Notes under the pieces: model-generated
Seen by the model: the letters and a program-made list of their open reading frames with translations, nothing else
Told to the model about the DNA's origin: nothing
Database searches by the model: none
Made by a program: the position numbers and the translations under genes
Source: Candidatus Bathyarchaeota archaeon
GTDB lineage: Archaea > Thermoproteota > Bathyarchaeia > RBG-16-48-13 > GCA-020355125
Direction of reading: 5' to 3'
Assembly: GCA_026015035.1 (NCBI GenBank)
Contig: JAOZHB010000070.1
Coordinates: 15,473-79,472, forward strand
Length of the DNA: 64,000 bases
Part shown: one piece after another, positions 47,357-57,573 of the stretch
Numbering within the stretch: the stretch's first letter is position 1
Layout of the letters: the number at the start of each line of letters is the position of its first letter

Positions 47357-48181
47357 GTGAATGTAGGATTAATCGGTTGCGGCGCTATTGGAAGCACCTT
47401 GGCGCGTGCCATATTCGAGGGAAAAGCAGGGGACACAAAGCTAATTGCGATCTGTGACCTCTACGCGAGTCGAGTAGACCGCTTGAAAGAGGCGCTTTCA
47501 CTGCCCAACCTCTTCTGTACAACGGAGCCTGAAGACCTGATCAATCTCCCGGACGTCGACTTCGTGATTGAGGCAGCTTCTCAGGAGACGGTTCATGCCG
47601 TCTCGGAGAAGACTTTGCATTCAGGGAAGGATTTATTGATTATGAGCGTCGGTGCTCTCAGGGACGAAGGACTGACGCGTCGTCTTGAAACGTTAGCGAG
47701 AGAGAAGGGCGTTAAGGTGTATCTGCCATCAGGAGCCATCTGCGGCTTAGACGGTGTTAAAGCGGCCTCTGTCGAAGAGATTTCGCGTGTAGAGATCACC
47801 ACGACCAAACATCCGCGGGGGTTGGAAGGCGCACCGTACTTGGTGGAAAACAGGATAAGCCTGAGGGACTTAACCAAACCCAAGACGGTCTACAGGGGAA
47901 ACGCTCGAGAGGCGGCGAAAGGATTTCCAAAGAACGTGAATGTGGCAGTTGCCCTCAGCCTCGCAGGCATCGGCGTCGACCGCACCATGGTTACAATTAT
48001 AGCCGATCCAAACGCGACACGCACCCGCCACGAGATTACGGTGGTAGGCGCGTTTGGGGAGCTCCACACCACCGTCAAGAATTATGTGCATCCTGCGAAC
48101 CCGAAAACAAGTTATCTAGGGGCGTTAGCTGCTATAAGCACACTTAGAAAGATTAACATGCCAATTCAGGTAGGCACGTAA
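47357..48181 (+). CDS. nadX: L-aspartate dehydrogenase
   Basis: 274 aa with a GTG start: VGLIGCGAIG, VIEAASQE, SVGAL, LPSGAI.GLD, TTTKHP, NVNVAVALSLAG, ADP....RHEI. Confidence 0.82.
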   Translation: MNVGLIGCGAIGSTLARAIFEGKAGDTKLIAICDLYASRVDRLKEALSLPNLFCTTEPEDLINLPDVDFVIEAASQETVHAVSEKTLHSGKDLLIMSVGALRDEGLTRRLETLAREKGVKVYLPSGAICGLDGVKAASVEEISRVEITTTKHPRGLEGAPYLVENRISLRDLTKPKTVYRGNAREAAKGFPKNVNVAVALSLAGIGVDRTMVTIIADPNATRTRHEITVVGAFGELHTTVKNYVHPANPKTSYLGALAAISTLRKINMPIQVGT

Positions 48182-48296
48182 ACCCTTACCTGTGTCAACT
48201 ATCCTTCGCTGTAACTCTATTAATAGCCCGACATTTTAGCGCACGCGCTCTTATTGGAATAGATTGCGGGATAATGAGTTCCTTTAGTAGCCTCCA

Positions 48297-49262
48297 CTAG
48301 CTAATTAGGGTTTGATTTATGTCTAAAGCTTTGGGTGAGTGCGTTAATGAACCCAAGGAGACGACGTCAACACCCGTCTTTGCGTATTCAAGGATATTCT
48401 TTTGATTGATTCCTCCAGAGGCTTCGAGTAACACATGGTCGTACAGGTCACGCTTTTTCACCTCTTTTATCACTCTTCCGATTTTTTCAGGTGTCATGTT
48501 GTCTAACATAACTATACACGGTATCGCTTCACCTTGTTGCTGGAGTCGTTTGAAGGTTTCCGCTGCGTTACACGCGTCCTCCACAGTCTCAACCTCTATT
48601 TCAATGAACGCAACTGTCTCTCTCTGGTTCCACACGCGGTTCAACGCCTCCTCAATGTACTTTTTAACGTATCCTTCTCTCTTCAGCCCTTCCAAGTGAT
48701 TGCCCTTGATTAATACCGCCTCCCACAGGCCCAAGCGATGTGTCCCACCCCCGCCCAAATAAACGGCCTTTTTGTCCAGAAGTTGCCAATGCGTTTTTCT
48801 CGTTGCCACGACCATCGTATCCAACCCCGCTTCCATGATTTCGTCAATCACTCTTCTCGTCGTGGACGCGATGCCACTCATTCTCTGCAGGACTTTGAGG
48901 CATGTTCTCTCCGTTTCCAACAAGCTCCTCTCGGAACCCTTTAGCTCTAGAACCGTATCACCCGCGTTTACGCGTTCACCGTCCTTTATGTGTGGTTTGA
49001 CCTCTATTCCTTTCTGTTGAAGAAACCAGGTCACTTCCTCAACTCCCGCTATAACACCGCACTCTTTTACTCTCACCAAGGCCTTAGCCAGGTAAGTTTG
49101 ATCGCCAAATAGTAAACGAGTGGTGATGTCTCCCCGCTCATCAAGATCTTGTTCCAGAACATCCGTGGTGAACCGCTTAACCCACTTCAAATACTCGGGG
49201 TTGTCCAGCTCAAGACCCTTTACCCTCTTAAAACCAAGGGTCAACAATTCTCTTCTATTCAT
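48297..49262 (-). CDS. nadC: nicotinate-nucleotide pyrophosphorylase (quinolinate phosphoribosyltransferase)
   Basis: 321 aa: ERTCLKVLQRMSGIAS, ATRKT, GGGGTHRLGLWEAVLIK.NH, IEIEVETVEDA, VMLDNM, LEASGGIN. Confidence 0.85.
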   Translation of the reverse strand: MNRRELLTLGFKRVKGLELDNPEYLKWVKRFTTDVLEQDLDERGDITTRLLFGDQTYLAKALVRVKECGVIAGVEEVTWFLQQKGIEVKPHIKDGERVNAGDTVLELKGSERSLLETERTCLKVLQRMSGIASTTRRVIDEIMEAGLDTMVVATRKTHWQLLDKKAVYLGGGGTHRLGLWEAVLIKGNHLEGLKREGYVKKYIEEALNRVWNQRETVAFIEIEVETVEDACNAAETFKRLQQQGEAIPCIVMLDNMTPEKIGRVIKEVKKRDLYDHVLLEASGGINQKNILEYAKTGVDVVSLGSLTHSPKALDINQTLIS

Positions 49263-49564
49263 TTATCTTACCTCTAACATCCAGTCCAAAGACCTATTCG
49301 CTTTACCTCTTACTTTATGTGCATCTTAACCTCATAACACAGGTCTCCAACGAAAGTGCTACTCACCCTAAAGTTATTTTCTCATATCTTAACAGACTAT
49401 ATCCTTTGATATAAGATAAAACATATCAGGATTACGTTATTTTAACTCGTAACGCCTCTCTCCGTTCCAAGAATATATCACTTAACTGCGTATTTGGAAG
49501 CTACTTAGCATCAGCTACCGAAAAGGGAGGGAGAGGAGATGTCGCGCAAGCATCGTGTCTCAGG

Positions 49565-50575
49565 CTAGATGTAGCCTCTCCAAGGCTTGGGCTCCTCATC
49601 CAGACCCAGGAGCTTCGCCGGCGTAATCTTCGTCATCAGGTCAACCTCCTTCTCGGAGAGGCCGTTCATCTTCAACGAGAACAGCATATGCCTCATCTCA
49701 TCGATTGGGTGGCAATGGGTGGCTGCACCCATACCCGATGTCAGGACACAGTGCTCGGGACCGATCGCCTTCGCAAATTCTGCGATGGCCTTGTGCCGGG
49801 ACTCATCCTTGGGTATGTCGTACTCCAGAACGGCGCCCATCTCCACGAGCCGCTTCTGCTCGTCAAGTGTGAAGCGGTGTGCGTGGTCAATCATTATCCT
49901 TGTGACCCCTGCGCGTCTCGCTGCTGGGACCACAGCGGCGCACTCTTTATAGGAGATGTGGCATGTGTTTAGAATGACGTCGCCGGCGTCAGCTATCAGG
50001 TCCATGATGTCATAAACGTCAGGGGTCAGCTCCCCCGTTTCAAGGTCGATGACGTTTATCGGTGGGGCAGCCATCCACTTCTTGGCCTCCCTCGTCTTTA
50101 GGATGTGGTCATCAGGTAAGTTATGCCAGTTGTACTGTGAATAGAAGGGGACTTTACTCAAGGTTCCCGCATGCATGTTTCCCAACCAGACGATCTTCGC
50201 TCCCATCAATATAGCCGCGTCCACTGCGTGGGGGTTCAACCCGCCCACACACCAGTTCAAGACGACGCCACCGAAGACCTTGATACCTGGAACGTGTTTC
50301 ATGACCAGCTTCGTGCTGTCGGCGTTGCAGCAATGATGGCGCTTTGAGACGAATGCCCTGTAACCCACCGCCCGAAACTGCTTTGCTAACTCGATTTCAT
50401 CAAATAACCTCTGGTAGACGCAGGGCAGACAATAGACGTGAAGGTCTGAGACGCCTCTCAGCCACTGCCAACTACCTTTCTGGAATCCCTTGAGGAAATC
50501 GATAGACTCCGCGTCAAGAGATTCCTCTCTTCCTTGATCTGAACGATAAAGCATTCTCTTAGCTCCTCCTCCCAC
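49565..50575 (-). CDS. amidohydrolase-superfamily TIM-barrel-like protein (DUF6282-like), possibly with degenerate metal site
   Basis: DLHVY..P......DEIELAK.....GYRAFVSKRHH, VFGGVVLN..VGGLNPHAVDAAILMGAKIVW, TCHIS..E. The family assignment is from memory of the conserved pattern only. Confidence 0.45.
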   Translation of the reverse strand: MGGGAKRMLYRSDQGREESLDAESIDFLKGFQKGSWQWLRGVSDLHVYCLPCVYQRLFDEIELAKQFRAVGYRAFVSKRHHCCNADSTKLVMKHVPGIKVFGGVVLNWCVGGLNPHAVDAAILMGAKIVWLGNMHAGTLSKVPFYSQYNWHNLPDDHILKTREAKKWMAAPPINVIDLETGELTPDVYDIMDLIADAGDVILNTCHISYKECAAVVPAARRAGVTRIMIDHAHRFTLDEQKRLVEMGAVLEYDIPKDESRHKAIAEFAKAIGPEHCVLTSGMGAATHCHPIDEMRHMLFSLKMNGLSEKEVDLMTKITPAKLLGLDEEPKPWRGYI

Positions 50576-50700
50576 TGAACTGGATTAACTCTAAATCCAA
50601 GCCACTATAAAGCTTCTGTGGGGAAACTACACCATGTTCTGCTAGTAGGACAGGCGCTGCATTCATCGACGAACAGGGTTGGGGGGAGGGTTTATCGATT

Positions 50701-51924
50701 CTACTTCTTCCAAGGCCTGTTGGTCAGGGCGCTCTTCATCCTCTCGGCAACTATCCTCTCCTCCCCGTCACGCAGGTAGTAGGTGAAGAGGAGCACTGAG
50801 GCACGGCTGGTGAAGGGGCCAAACTCCCGGTCCTCAAACCTAGGAAATCGGAGGTAGACCCCTGGCTCGCCTTCCCGCATCACCGCATAAAGGCTCTGAA
50901 CCGTCTTCAAGCTCAGGGTCTCCTTGTCGATATCTAAGCGGACGACAGGGGTGCGGGGCATCAGAGGGTGCTCGTAGGTCGTTCCATCGTTAGGGATCAC
51001 GCTAACGTTGACGCCCGTGATGCGGTCAAGCTGCTCAGCCATGTACTCAGCTTTAGCCATCTGCTTCTCATACTCCTCATCCTCGTCTCGGCTCAAAACC
51101 TCCTCCAGCGCCGTTACCAAGCCAACGATGCACTCCTTGCTCACCTTGAAGCCCCTTCCGATGCCATGGTTGGGGGACGAGTGCGTGCTTATGGCTTTGA
51201 TTAGCGCTACTCCTCTCTCGCCATCGCCGAGGATGATTCCTGTGTTTTGAGGGCCTCGAATGCCCTTACCGCCACTGAAGATGGATAAGTCGAATCCCGC
51301 GTCAGATAGTTTGTGAAGGTTTGCGTAGGGTGGGAAGGCCCCGGCGCAGTCGCAGAAGCTGGGGAGATCATGTTTCTGCGCGATCTTCGCGACCTCCTCG
51401 TATGGCACCCACCCCCTCGGGACGATGTTGTAGTGGTAGCCAGCAGCTATACCCGCAGTCTTATCATTGATCGCCAATTCGACGTCTTTCGCGCTGCTCC
51501 CTAACGGGCCTCCCACCTTCACCAGTCTGCCGCCTCCCATGGCGAACTGTTGGTCGTACGCTGCCTGGGCGGCCTGTATGATAATTTTGTTCCTTCCAGA
51601 GATCGGGGTGTCATCGGTGAAGGGTAACGTCGCCCACTTCACCGGGTCGCTGCCTGCGATTGCAGCGGCCACTGAGAGTGTTATCCCTGCAGCCGCGCCC
51701 ACAGTAATATAGGCGGCGTCGACCTTGCAAAGGTCGGCGATTCGGTCGCCAGCCCTCTTCAGCAGCTCTCTCAAGTCTACAAAGGTCCTTGACACATCGG
51801 CCATGGCTTCCATCACCCTTGGTTCTAGGTATGTTCCTCCGATTGCAGTTGACCAGTTGCAGGCGTTGATCATCGACCTTACGCCAAGCTTTTCCAAAAC
51901 CTTGCTCTTGTAGGGATAGGTCAT
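50701..51924 (-). CDS. SelA-like PLP-dependent enzyme (L-seryl-tRNA selenium transferase-related / DgaE-like)
   Basis: 407 aa with the FSGGKGIRGPQNTGIILG signature (PLP-Lys in the SGxK..GPQ motif). It lies upstream of, and co-oriented with, the amidohydrolase-like gene. Confidence 0.65.
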   Translation of the reverse strand: MTYPYKSKVLEKLGVRSMINACNWSTAIGGTYLEPRVMEAMADVSRTFVDLRELLKRAGDRIADLCKVDAAYITVGAAAGITLSVAAAIAGSDPVKWATLPFTDDTPISGRNKIIIQAAQAAYDQQFAMGGGRLVKVGGPLGSSAKDVELAINDKTAGIAAGYHYNIVPRGWVPYEEVAKIAQKHDLPSFCDCAGAFPPYANLHKLSDAGFDLSIFSGGKGIRGPQNTGIILGDGERGVALIKAISTHSSPNHGIGRGFKVSKECIVGLVTALEEVLSRDEDEEYEKQMAKAEYMAEQLDRITGVNVSVIPNDGTTYEHPLMPRTPVVRLDIDKETLSLKTVQSLYAVMREGEPGVYLRFPRFEDREFGPFTSRASVLLFTYYLRDGEERIVAERMKSALTNRPWKK

Positions 51925-52092
51925 TTAGAGAATCTCCTTGTAAACGTTAATGTTCTTTAGTGGGACTTAAGACTATTGTTCCCTCTGTGTTGAGGTTGGT
52001 TGCATCATCCATCTCGCATGTTATGACTATAGAGCTGTTTGAAGGGGAGAACAAAACAATAATTAGACGATGCTTCCCAATTATTAATTAAT

Positions 52093-53256
52093 ATGCCCAC
52101 CAATCTTCCTCCTGAATGCACCGTCTTAGAAAAGAGGTATCTTGAAGCCAGAAGCACCTCTGAAAAGATTAAGGCCCTCCAACAATATTTGGGTGCAATT
52201 CCAAAGCACAAGGGAACTGAACGCCTCTGTGCCCGACTGAAGACCCGACTTGCTCGACTACGTTTGGCAGAGGAGGAAGCGAAAAGGCGACGGGGATCCA
52301 GCTATCTTGCGAGTAGATACACCGTAAAGAAGGAGGGGGCGGCTCAAGTCGTTCTTCTGGGCCTCACCGGATCTGGAAAGAGCTCCATCCTGACGATTTT
52401 AACCAGTGCCAAGCCAGAAATCTATGGCTATCCCTTCACAACTACGACGCCCACTCCGGGGATGATGGCGTATGAAGACATTCAACTCCAGTTGGTGGAG
52501 GCTCCTGCCCTCTTTGCGGGTGCGAGTGAGGGGGGTGGCTGGGGTCCAGGGGTGTTAGGCTTGGCAAGGAATGCTGACGGCCTCATGTTAGTCATTGATT
52601 TGTCCGCACTAGATCCCTGCCTCCAATTGGAGACACTGATTGACGAGTTGAGTAAAAGCCACATAACCATCGTGGAGCAGCGGGGGAAAGTGGAGATTGA
52701 ACGAAAGGAGGCGGGAGGGATTCAAGTGGTCTCCCTCAGCAAGTTGAACGTTCCTGTCCACGAAGTGAAGCATCTGCTGAGAAAGATGAAGATTGCCAAC
52801 GCCGTTGTCAGGATAAGGGGAGACGTGGAACTCGACGACGTAGCCCAAGCCCTCTTCCACAAGACCGTATACAAGCCAACGATCGTCCTCGCGAACAAGA
52901 TTGACGTCGCAGGAGCAGAGGGGAAGCTTAGAACGCTGAGGACAGCTTTCAGCCACCTGACGATTATTGCGGTTTCAGCCCTCTTAAAGCAGGGCGTTGA
53001 GAATGTTCCTCAACGAATCTTTGAAGCTCTCAAAATACTTCGCGTCTACACCAAGCGGCCCAGACAGCCCCCCGCCGAGAAACCGATGATCATGCAAGAG
53101 CAGTCAACGATAGGCGACGCCGCGAAGATGATTCACAAAGACTTCTATAAAGACTTCAAGTATGCGCGGCTATGGGGCTCAAGCATGTATCCAGGGGAGA
53201 GAGTCGGTTTAAACCGCGTCCTGCAGGATAAAGACGTCCTCGAGATTCGCGTCTAG
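52093..53256 (+). CDS. developmentally regulated GTP-binding protein (DRG/Rbg, Obg-family GTPase with TGS domain)
   Basis: LGLTGSGKSS (G1), YPFTT (G2), NKID (G4) and a C-terminal TGS-like LRVYTK...ARLWGSS...GERVGLN..L.DKDVLEI. Confidence 0.82.
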   Translation: MPTNLPPECTVLEKRYLEARSTSEKIKALQQYLGAIPKHKGTERLCARLKTRLARLRLAEEEAKRRRGSSYLASRYTVKKEGAAQVVLLGLTGSGKSSILTILTSAKPEIYGYPFTTTTPTPGMMAYEDIQLQLVEAPALFAGASEGGGWGPGVLGLARNADGLMLVIDLSALDPCLQLETLIDELSKSHITIVEQRGKVEIERKEAGGIQVVSLSKLNVPVHEVKHLLRKMKIANAVVRIRGDVELDDVAQALFHKTVYKPTIVLANKIDVAGAEGKLRTLRTAFSHLTIIAVSALLKQGVENVPQRIFEALKILRVYTKRPRQPPAEKPMIMQEQSTIGDAAKMIHKDFYKDFKYARLWGSSMYPGERVGLNRVLQDKDVLEIRV

Positions 53257-53966
53257 ACCCTGACGGCCCGCCTTAGAACGCCCAAGATCAGAACCGCTTC
53301 TCTCTTCGACATGAACGCTCTTGAAAGGATGTTTTTGAAGGCCTTGTCCGCGAGTCTACGCTTGTGAGTTGGCGTGCCCCCCTTCACGGCGAGGGCGTCA
53401 AACAACTGTAGAATTCTTTTCCTCACTTCCGCGTCTGCTTCATCTAGGTATCCTCGTACTCCCCTATTACCTTCAGATTTCCGTAATTCATAGAAGACGA
53501 TTGCAGCGGCAGATGCCACGTTCAACGCTCGATAGGTCGAACTTGAAGGAATGGAGACAACGACGTCGCACCTGTCAAGTTCTCGGTTGGAGAGGCCGCT
53601 TCCTTCCCGCCCAAAGAGCAGCGCCACCTCCTCCTGCCAGTTCGTCATTTGCTCAGACAACTCTTCTAGAGTGATGGCGGTGCGACGGAGGTTACCAGGC
53701 TTTTTCGCGACGATTGAGGTGGTTCCAACGACCCACTGAGTTCCCTCCAAAGCGTCATTCAAGTCTTCTACGATTGGCGCCTCTTCCAGGATCTCCCCTG
53801 CGTGGACAGCAAGGGAGTAAGCGCCGTTTCCAATCTCGACCTTGGGGTTAACCAGCCACAGCTTGGAGAGGCCGAAGTTTTTCATGAGTCTCGCAATTGA
53901 ACCCACGTTCCCCTCGTGTTCCGGCTCTACTAAAACAACTCGAACCTTCAAGGAAAAAACCTTCAT
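53253..53966 (-). CDS. SpoU/TrmJ-family tRNA/rRNA 2'-O-methyltransferase
   Basis: VRVVLVEPEHEGNVGSIARLMKNFG, LLFGREGSGLSNRELDRCD..VSIP, LNVASAAAIVFYEL. The start is set at Met 53966 (ORF-track 53990). Confidence 0.78.
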   Translation of the reverse strand: MKVFSLKVRVVLVEPEHEGNVGSIARLMKNFGLSKLWLVNPKVEIGNGAYSLAVHAGEILEEAPIVEDLNDALEGTQWVVGTTSIVAKKPGNLRRTAITLEELSEQMTNWQEEVALLFGREGSGLSNRELDRCDVVVSIPSSSTYRALNVASAAAIVFYELRKSEGNRGVRGYLDEADAEVRKRILQLFDALAVKGGTPTHKRRLADKAFKNILSRAFMSKREAVLILGVLRRAVRV

Positions 53967-54050
53967 GAATCGTATGCCTTCACCTCTCACATCTTTTAAC
54001 CCAGTTTAAAGGTTTTCCAAGAGAGGAACCCGAAAAACCAGTGGGTCAGT

Positions 54051-55274
54051 TTATGTAAGGTTGGGACGGGGGAAGACCTTTCGTAACTTGAACATCAGCC
54101 CCGGTTTTTTAATCACGTACTTGACGTATCGCAGCAGGGTAACGCCTACCTTCGATTGGCGGTCGATGTCTCCGTCGACCTCAATTCGCCTGATCAGGGA
54201 CGCATCTCGTTGAATCACGTTGAAAAGGTAATCGACTTCGCTGTCGCTTAAAGAGTCCAAAAAGGCCCTGAATCGTACACTGAAGGCGATTTCCCCTCCG
54301 AACTGGGCTCTCCACTCCTTCTCATAGCTCCTTAATGTTTTTTCCCTGAGAACGGCTTCAGGAGAGCCCCGTAACGCCTCAACAATAGTTCGCCCAGCAA
54401 TCTTTGCGCAAGCCATACCGTAGTATAACCCCCCGCCAGTCGTGGATTTAACCTGTCCCGCAGCGTCTCCCACGACTAAGACTCCGTCAGACACGGCTCG
54501 GTGGAGGACGCCGCCCGTCGGAATGATGTGGCGGCTTTCCGTCAAAATACGGCCTCCCCCAAGTTTTTCCCGTGCTATCGGGTGGTTTTCCACGAAGTCA
54601 TCTAGATATTTAGCAGCCGGTGCAGGGGCGTTGGGCCGTAAAGCCAAGCCGACTCTTGCAGTATCACGGCCTGTGGGTACAATCCACGCGAAGAATCCAG
54701 GCGCCCACCGCCTCCCAAAATAGAGTTCAACCATGCTTTGAACGACTTGAACGCCTGAAACCTCTCTTTGAATGCTTATTCTGACCTCAGACCTCTTCTT
54801 CGAGTATATACCGGCTAACCTCGCGGTGGCAGAGGCTGCTCCATCAGCCCCAGCGACAAGTCTTGCTTTTACTTTCCCCTTTTTTCCCTTCCGTTCAAAG
54901 AACACGGTGACACCGTCGGGTTTAACGGAGAACCTCTTGACCCTTGTATCAGTAACTAGTGTTGCTCCCGCGTCCACTGCTTTCGTTGCAAGGCTTTGGT
55001 CAAAAATCCTCCGATCCAATATGAGGGCTTGGGTGGCACCACGCGCTATTGTGAGCGGCTTTAAGCTTGGAGGGTAGAAGATTGCGCCGCTAACCCGCGC
55101 TAAGACGCCAGCTGCTTCGAGTTCAAGTTCCTTTACGGCGTTGACTGACACCTTTCCCGTACAGTGCTGAGGTACACCGACTTCGGGATGTTCTTCAAGG
55201 ATTAGGACGTCGCCGCCTTCGCTGGCGATGGTTTGTGCGATGGTTAGGCCTGATGGCCCCGCCCCAACGATCAC
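54051..55274 (-). CDS. geranylgeranyl reductase-family flavoprotein (digeranylgeranylglycerophospholipid reductase-like)
   Basis: VGAGPSG dinucleotide-binding motif, LILEEH...CTG, VVGDAAGQVKSTTGGGLYYG. The only canonical start (GTG 55274) lies inside the expected beta1 strand (see rejected notes). Confidence 0.8.
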   Translation of the reverse strand: MIVGAGPSGLTIAQTIASEGGDVLILEEHPEVGVPQHCTGKVSVNAVKELELEAAGVLARVSGAIFYPPSLKPLTIARGATQALILDRRIFDQSLATKAVDAGATLVTDTRVKRFSVKPDGVTVFFERKGKKGKVKARLVAGADGAASATARLAGIYSKKRSEVRISIQREVSGVQVVQSMVELYFGRRWAPGFFAWIVPTGRDTARVGLALRPNAPAPAAKYLDDFVENHPIAREKLGGGRILTESRHIIPTGGVLHRAVSDGVLVVGDAAGQVKSTTGGGLYYGMACAKIAGRTIVEALRGSPEAVLREKTLRSYEKEWRAQFGGEIAFSVRFRAFLDSLSDSEVDYLFNVIQRDASLIRRIEVDGDIDRQSKVGVTLLRYVKYVIKKPGLMFKLRKVFPRPNLT

Positions 55275-55394
55275 AACGTCACACGTTAATGCCAGTCAAT
55301 CACCTCGATTAAAGGGGTGATTTAGCTTTATATCTGTTTGAAACACATGGACGACGGAAATCAACGTTTCGAAGTAGGCTATCTCAACACGGTG

Positions 55395-55922
55395 TTATTT
55401 GAACAAGCGAATTCCCTTGAAGGAGAAGGACTGGCGGGGTTTTGCTTCCTTTTTCAGGCAGTCGGGTATCGTGTACAGGTAGATGGTGTGTCCCCGAAAG
55501 CTTTCCTTTTTTGTGTATGACCATCCTGGAAACTCAAAGTCGTGGCTGACGATTCTCGTCCCCATCGAAGCCTCCTCCGATAGTTTGGGCTTTAGTTTGT
55601 TGTTGCCTGACGTGGTTAGGTAGAGGGTGACAATGGTCGCCTCTGAAAGGTCAGCGTCTAACAGGTTGCCGTTAAACACTTTAATTCGACCTTCAAGATT
55701 TTCACTTTTAATAGCTTCCAGGTCCTTCTTGTAGAGATCCCTCCGCATCTCATACCCAACAGCTTTTTTCGCTCCAAAGTCTTTGACAGCAGCAATTAAT
55801 ATTCGTCCATCCCCACATCCTAAGTCGAAGAGAACGTCGTCACTGCTTACCTGCGCGATCTCCAACATTTTATTCACGACATCGGGTTGGGACGGGACAA
55901 AAGGCGCTAAACTGACCACCAT
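55395..55922 (-). CDS. class-I SAM-dependent methyltransferase, crenarchaeal protein-lysine methyltransferase (aKMT)-like
   Basis: 175 aa. FVPSQPDVVNKMLEIAQVSSDDVLFDLGCGDGRILIAAVKDFGAKKAVGYE, LSEATIVTLYL, KLKPKL..E...GTRIVSHDFE..GW and HTIYLY resemble the aKMT family as I remember it. Confidence 0.5.
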   Translation of the reverse strand: MVVSLAPFVPSQPDVVNKMLEIAQVSSDDVLFDLGCGDGRILIAAVKDFGAKKAVGYEMRRDLYKKDLEAIKSENLEGRIKVFNGNLLDADLSEATIVTLYLTTSGNNKLKPKLSEEASMGTRIVSHDFEFPGWSYTKKESFRGHTIYLYTIPDCLKKEAKPRQSFSFKGIRLFK

Positions 55923-56149
55923 AACATATCACCATTTCTGAAAAATAGAAATAAACAACATATAAATAACTCTATCTGACGTCATAAACCTCAGGACCAT
56001 GCGATACGAGTGTTGAGTGGTAGAGCCAGCGGAATCATCGACTCCTTTCGTTGTAATCCCTTCTGAACGGTTACGTAACCGCGAGGAACGGCTTACCGAA
56101 CAATGGTTTCGTATCGAAGTCTGAGGAGGAATATGAGATTTCAACTATC

Positions 56150-56908
56150 ATGCGAATAATCGAATTTGAGAAGCTTGACCTCAAAGACCCCATCTTGGTT
56201 CAGGGTCTTCCAGGCGTCGGCTTCGTGGGAAAGATTGCTCTTGACTTTTTCATCGAAGAGTTGAAGCCCATTAAAATCGCAGAGGCCTATTCAACTTACC
56301 TCACGCTACCCGATGGAGACGTGGGCGTCAAAGTAGAGTCAAACGGAGCATACAACCTCCCCAAATACGAGTTCTATGCGTATCATGAGAACACGCCTCA
56401 AACCATCTTTTTGACGGGGGACATTCAGCCAAGTCCTTGGGGACAGTACCGGGTGGCTGAAGAAGTCTTGGATTACGTCGGAGGCTTTGGATGTAAGACC
56501 GTGATTGCCTTGGGAGGGTATAATACCCCTCAGAACTTGGAAGCGGTCTACGCTATTTACAACGATTTAACGTTGATTGACGGCTTTCAGAGTCGTGTCA
56601 AGATCGCGCGGGGCGGCGTGGTCAAGGGCGCATTCGGCGTCCTCCTTGGCTTGGGACAGAAGCGGGGCATGAATTGTCTGGGCCTCCTCGGTGCAACCCG
56701 AGGGATTTATCCCGATCCTCGATCTTCACGGAACGTGGTTCAGGTCGTCGCGGACATGCTCAATTTGCCCGTGGATCTGACGGGTCTAGACAGAAACATC
56801 GCAGACGTAGAATCAAAGATGAAGCGGCTTCGAAGCATTCAACGAGGGGTGCCCATGCAGCAGGAGAGGGGAAGAGAAGGAGGACCTCCAGGAGCTTACA
56901 TAACCTGA
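56150..56908 (+). CDS. PAC2-family proteasome assembly chaperone (PbaA/PbaB-like)
   Basis: 252 aa: PILVQGLPGVGFVGKIALDFFIEEL, FLTGD.QP, ALGGY. Confidence 0.7.
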   Translation: MRIIEFEKLDLKDPILVQGLPGVGFVGKIALDFFIEELKPIKIAEAYSTYLTLPDGDVGVKVESNGAYNLPKYEFYAYHENTPQTIFLTGDIQPSPWGQYRVAEEVLDYVGGFGCKTVIALGGYNTPQNLEAVYAIYNDLTLIDGFQSRVKIARGGVVKGAFGVLLGLGQKRGMNCLGLLGATRGIYPDPRSSRNVVQVVADMLNLPVDLTGLDRNIADVESKMKRLRSIQRGVPMQQERGREGGPPGAYIT

Positions 56909-57152
56909 TCTCTCCCTCTTTACTCCCTCAGCACAGCTAACGCGCACTGCATCACTCTTCACGAAAACTCTGGTGTCCACGAGCCTTTTAAAAGACGGGG
57001 GTCAACCCCCTGCAGCATCCCTTGTATTCAGAGTTCGAAGTCTTGGTCTACTTGTTACGCGTATTGTTCCTTAGAACCAAGCTTTTAAGCAACAAGTTTT
57101 TTAGTAGTAACGAGCTGCAGTATTCACAAGATTCATAACAGGAGAACCAAAC

Positions 57153-57431
57153 ATGTTTCAAGACCAAAACGTTGTCTATATTGGACGAAAACCCGTAATG
57201 AGCTACGTCCTAGCTGTCATGACCCATCTGAACCGACCTGACGCCACAGAGGTTGTGTTGAAGGCCAGGGGAAACGCCATCACCACCGCCGTTGACACGG
57301 CTGAAGTAACGAGACGCCGATTCATGGAAACCCTGCAGATAGATAAAATCGACGTTGGAACGGAAGAGCTCACCCAGCAGGATGGACGTACAAGAGCGGT
57401 GTCAACCATCGAGATAACTCTCAAACGCTAA
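57153..57431 (+). CDS. albA: Alba DNA/RNA-binding chromatin protein
   Basis: 92 aa: NVVYIGRKPVMSYVLAV...EVVLKARGNAITTAVDTAEV. Confidence 0.88.
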   Translation: MFQDQNVVYIGRKPVMSYVLAVMTHLNRPDATEVVLKARGNAITTAVDTAEVTRRRFMETLQIDKIDVGTEELTQQDGRTRAVSTIEITLKR

Positions 57432-57573
57432 ATCCTATCAGAAAAAACGGCTTTTTCACGGGCTCACGGGGCTTATAGGGTCTCGTTGAGCTGGTTAGCT
57501 GAGCACGGTTGTTTTCTTTGTATACCACAATGGACAAATATGTGGCATCCCCCATCTATAAGGAACATTAAAA

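Noticed and set aside
55272-55298. The geranylgeranyl reductase appears 5'-truncated. The residues LALTCDVV that would complete the Rossmann beta1 strand are encoded upstream of the only canonical start (GTG 55274), directly after an in-frame TGA at 55296..55298.
   Set aside because: It is most simply explained by a non-canonical or near-cognate start (a CTG lies at 55295..55293), or by the short beta1 being tolerated. The evidence is not enough to call a pseudogene or recoding.
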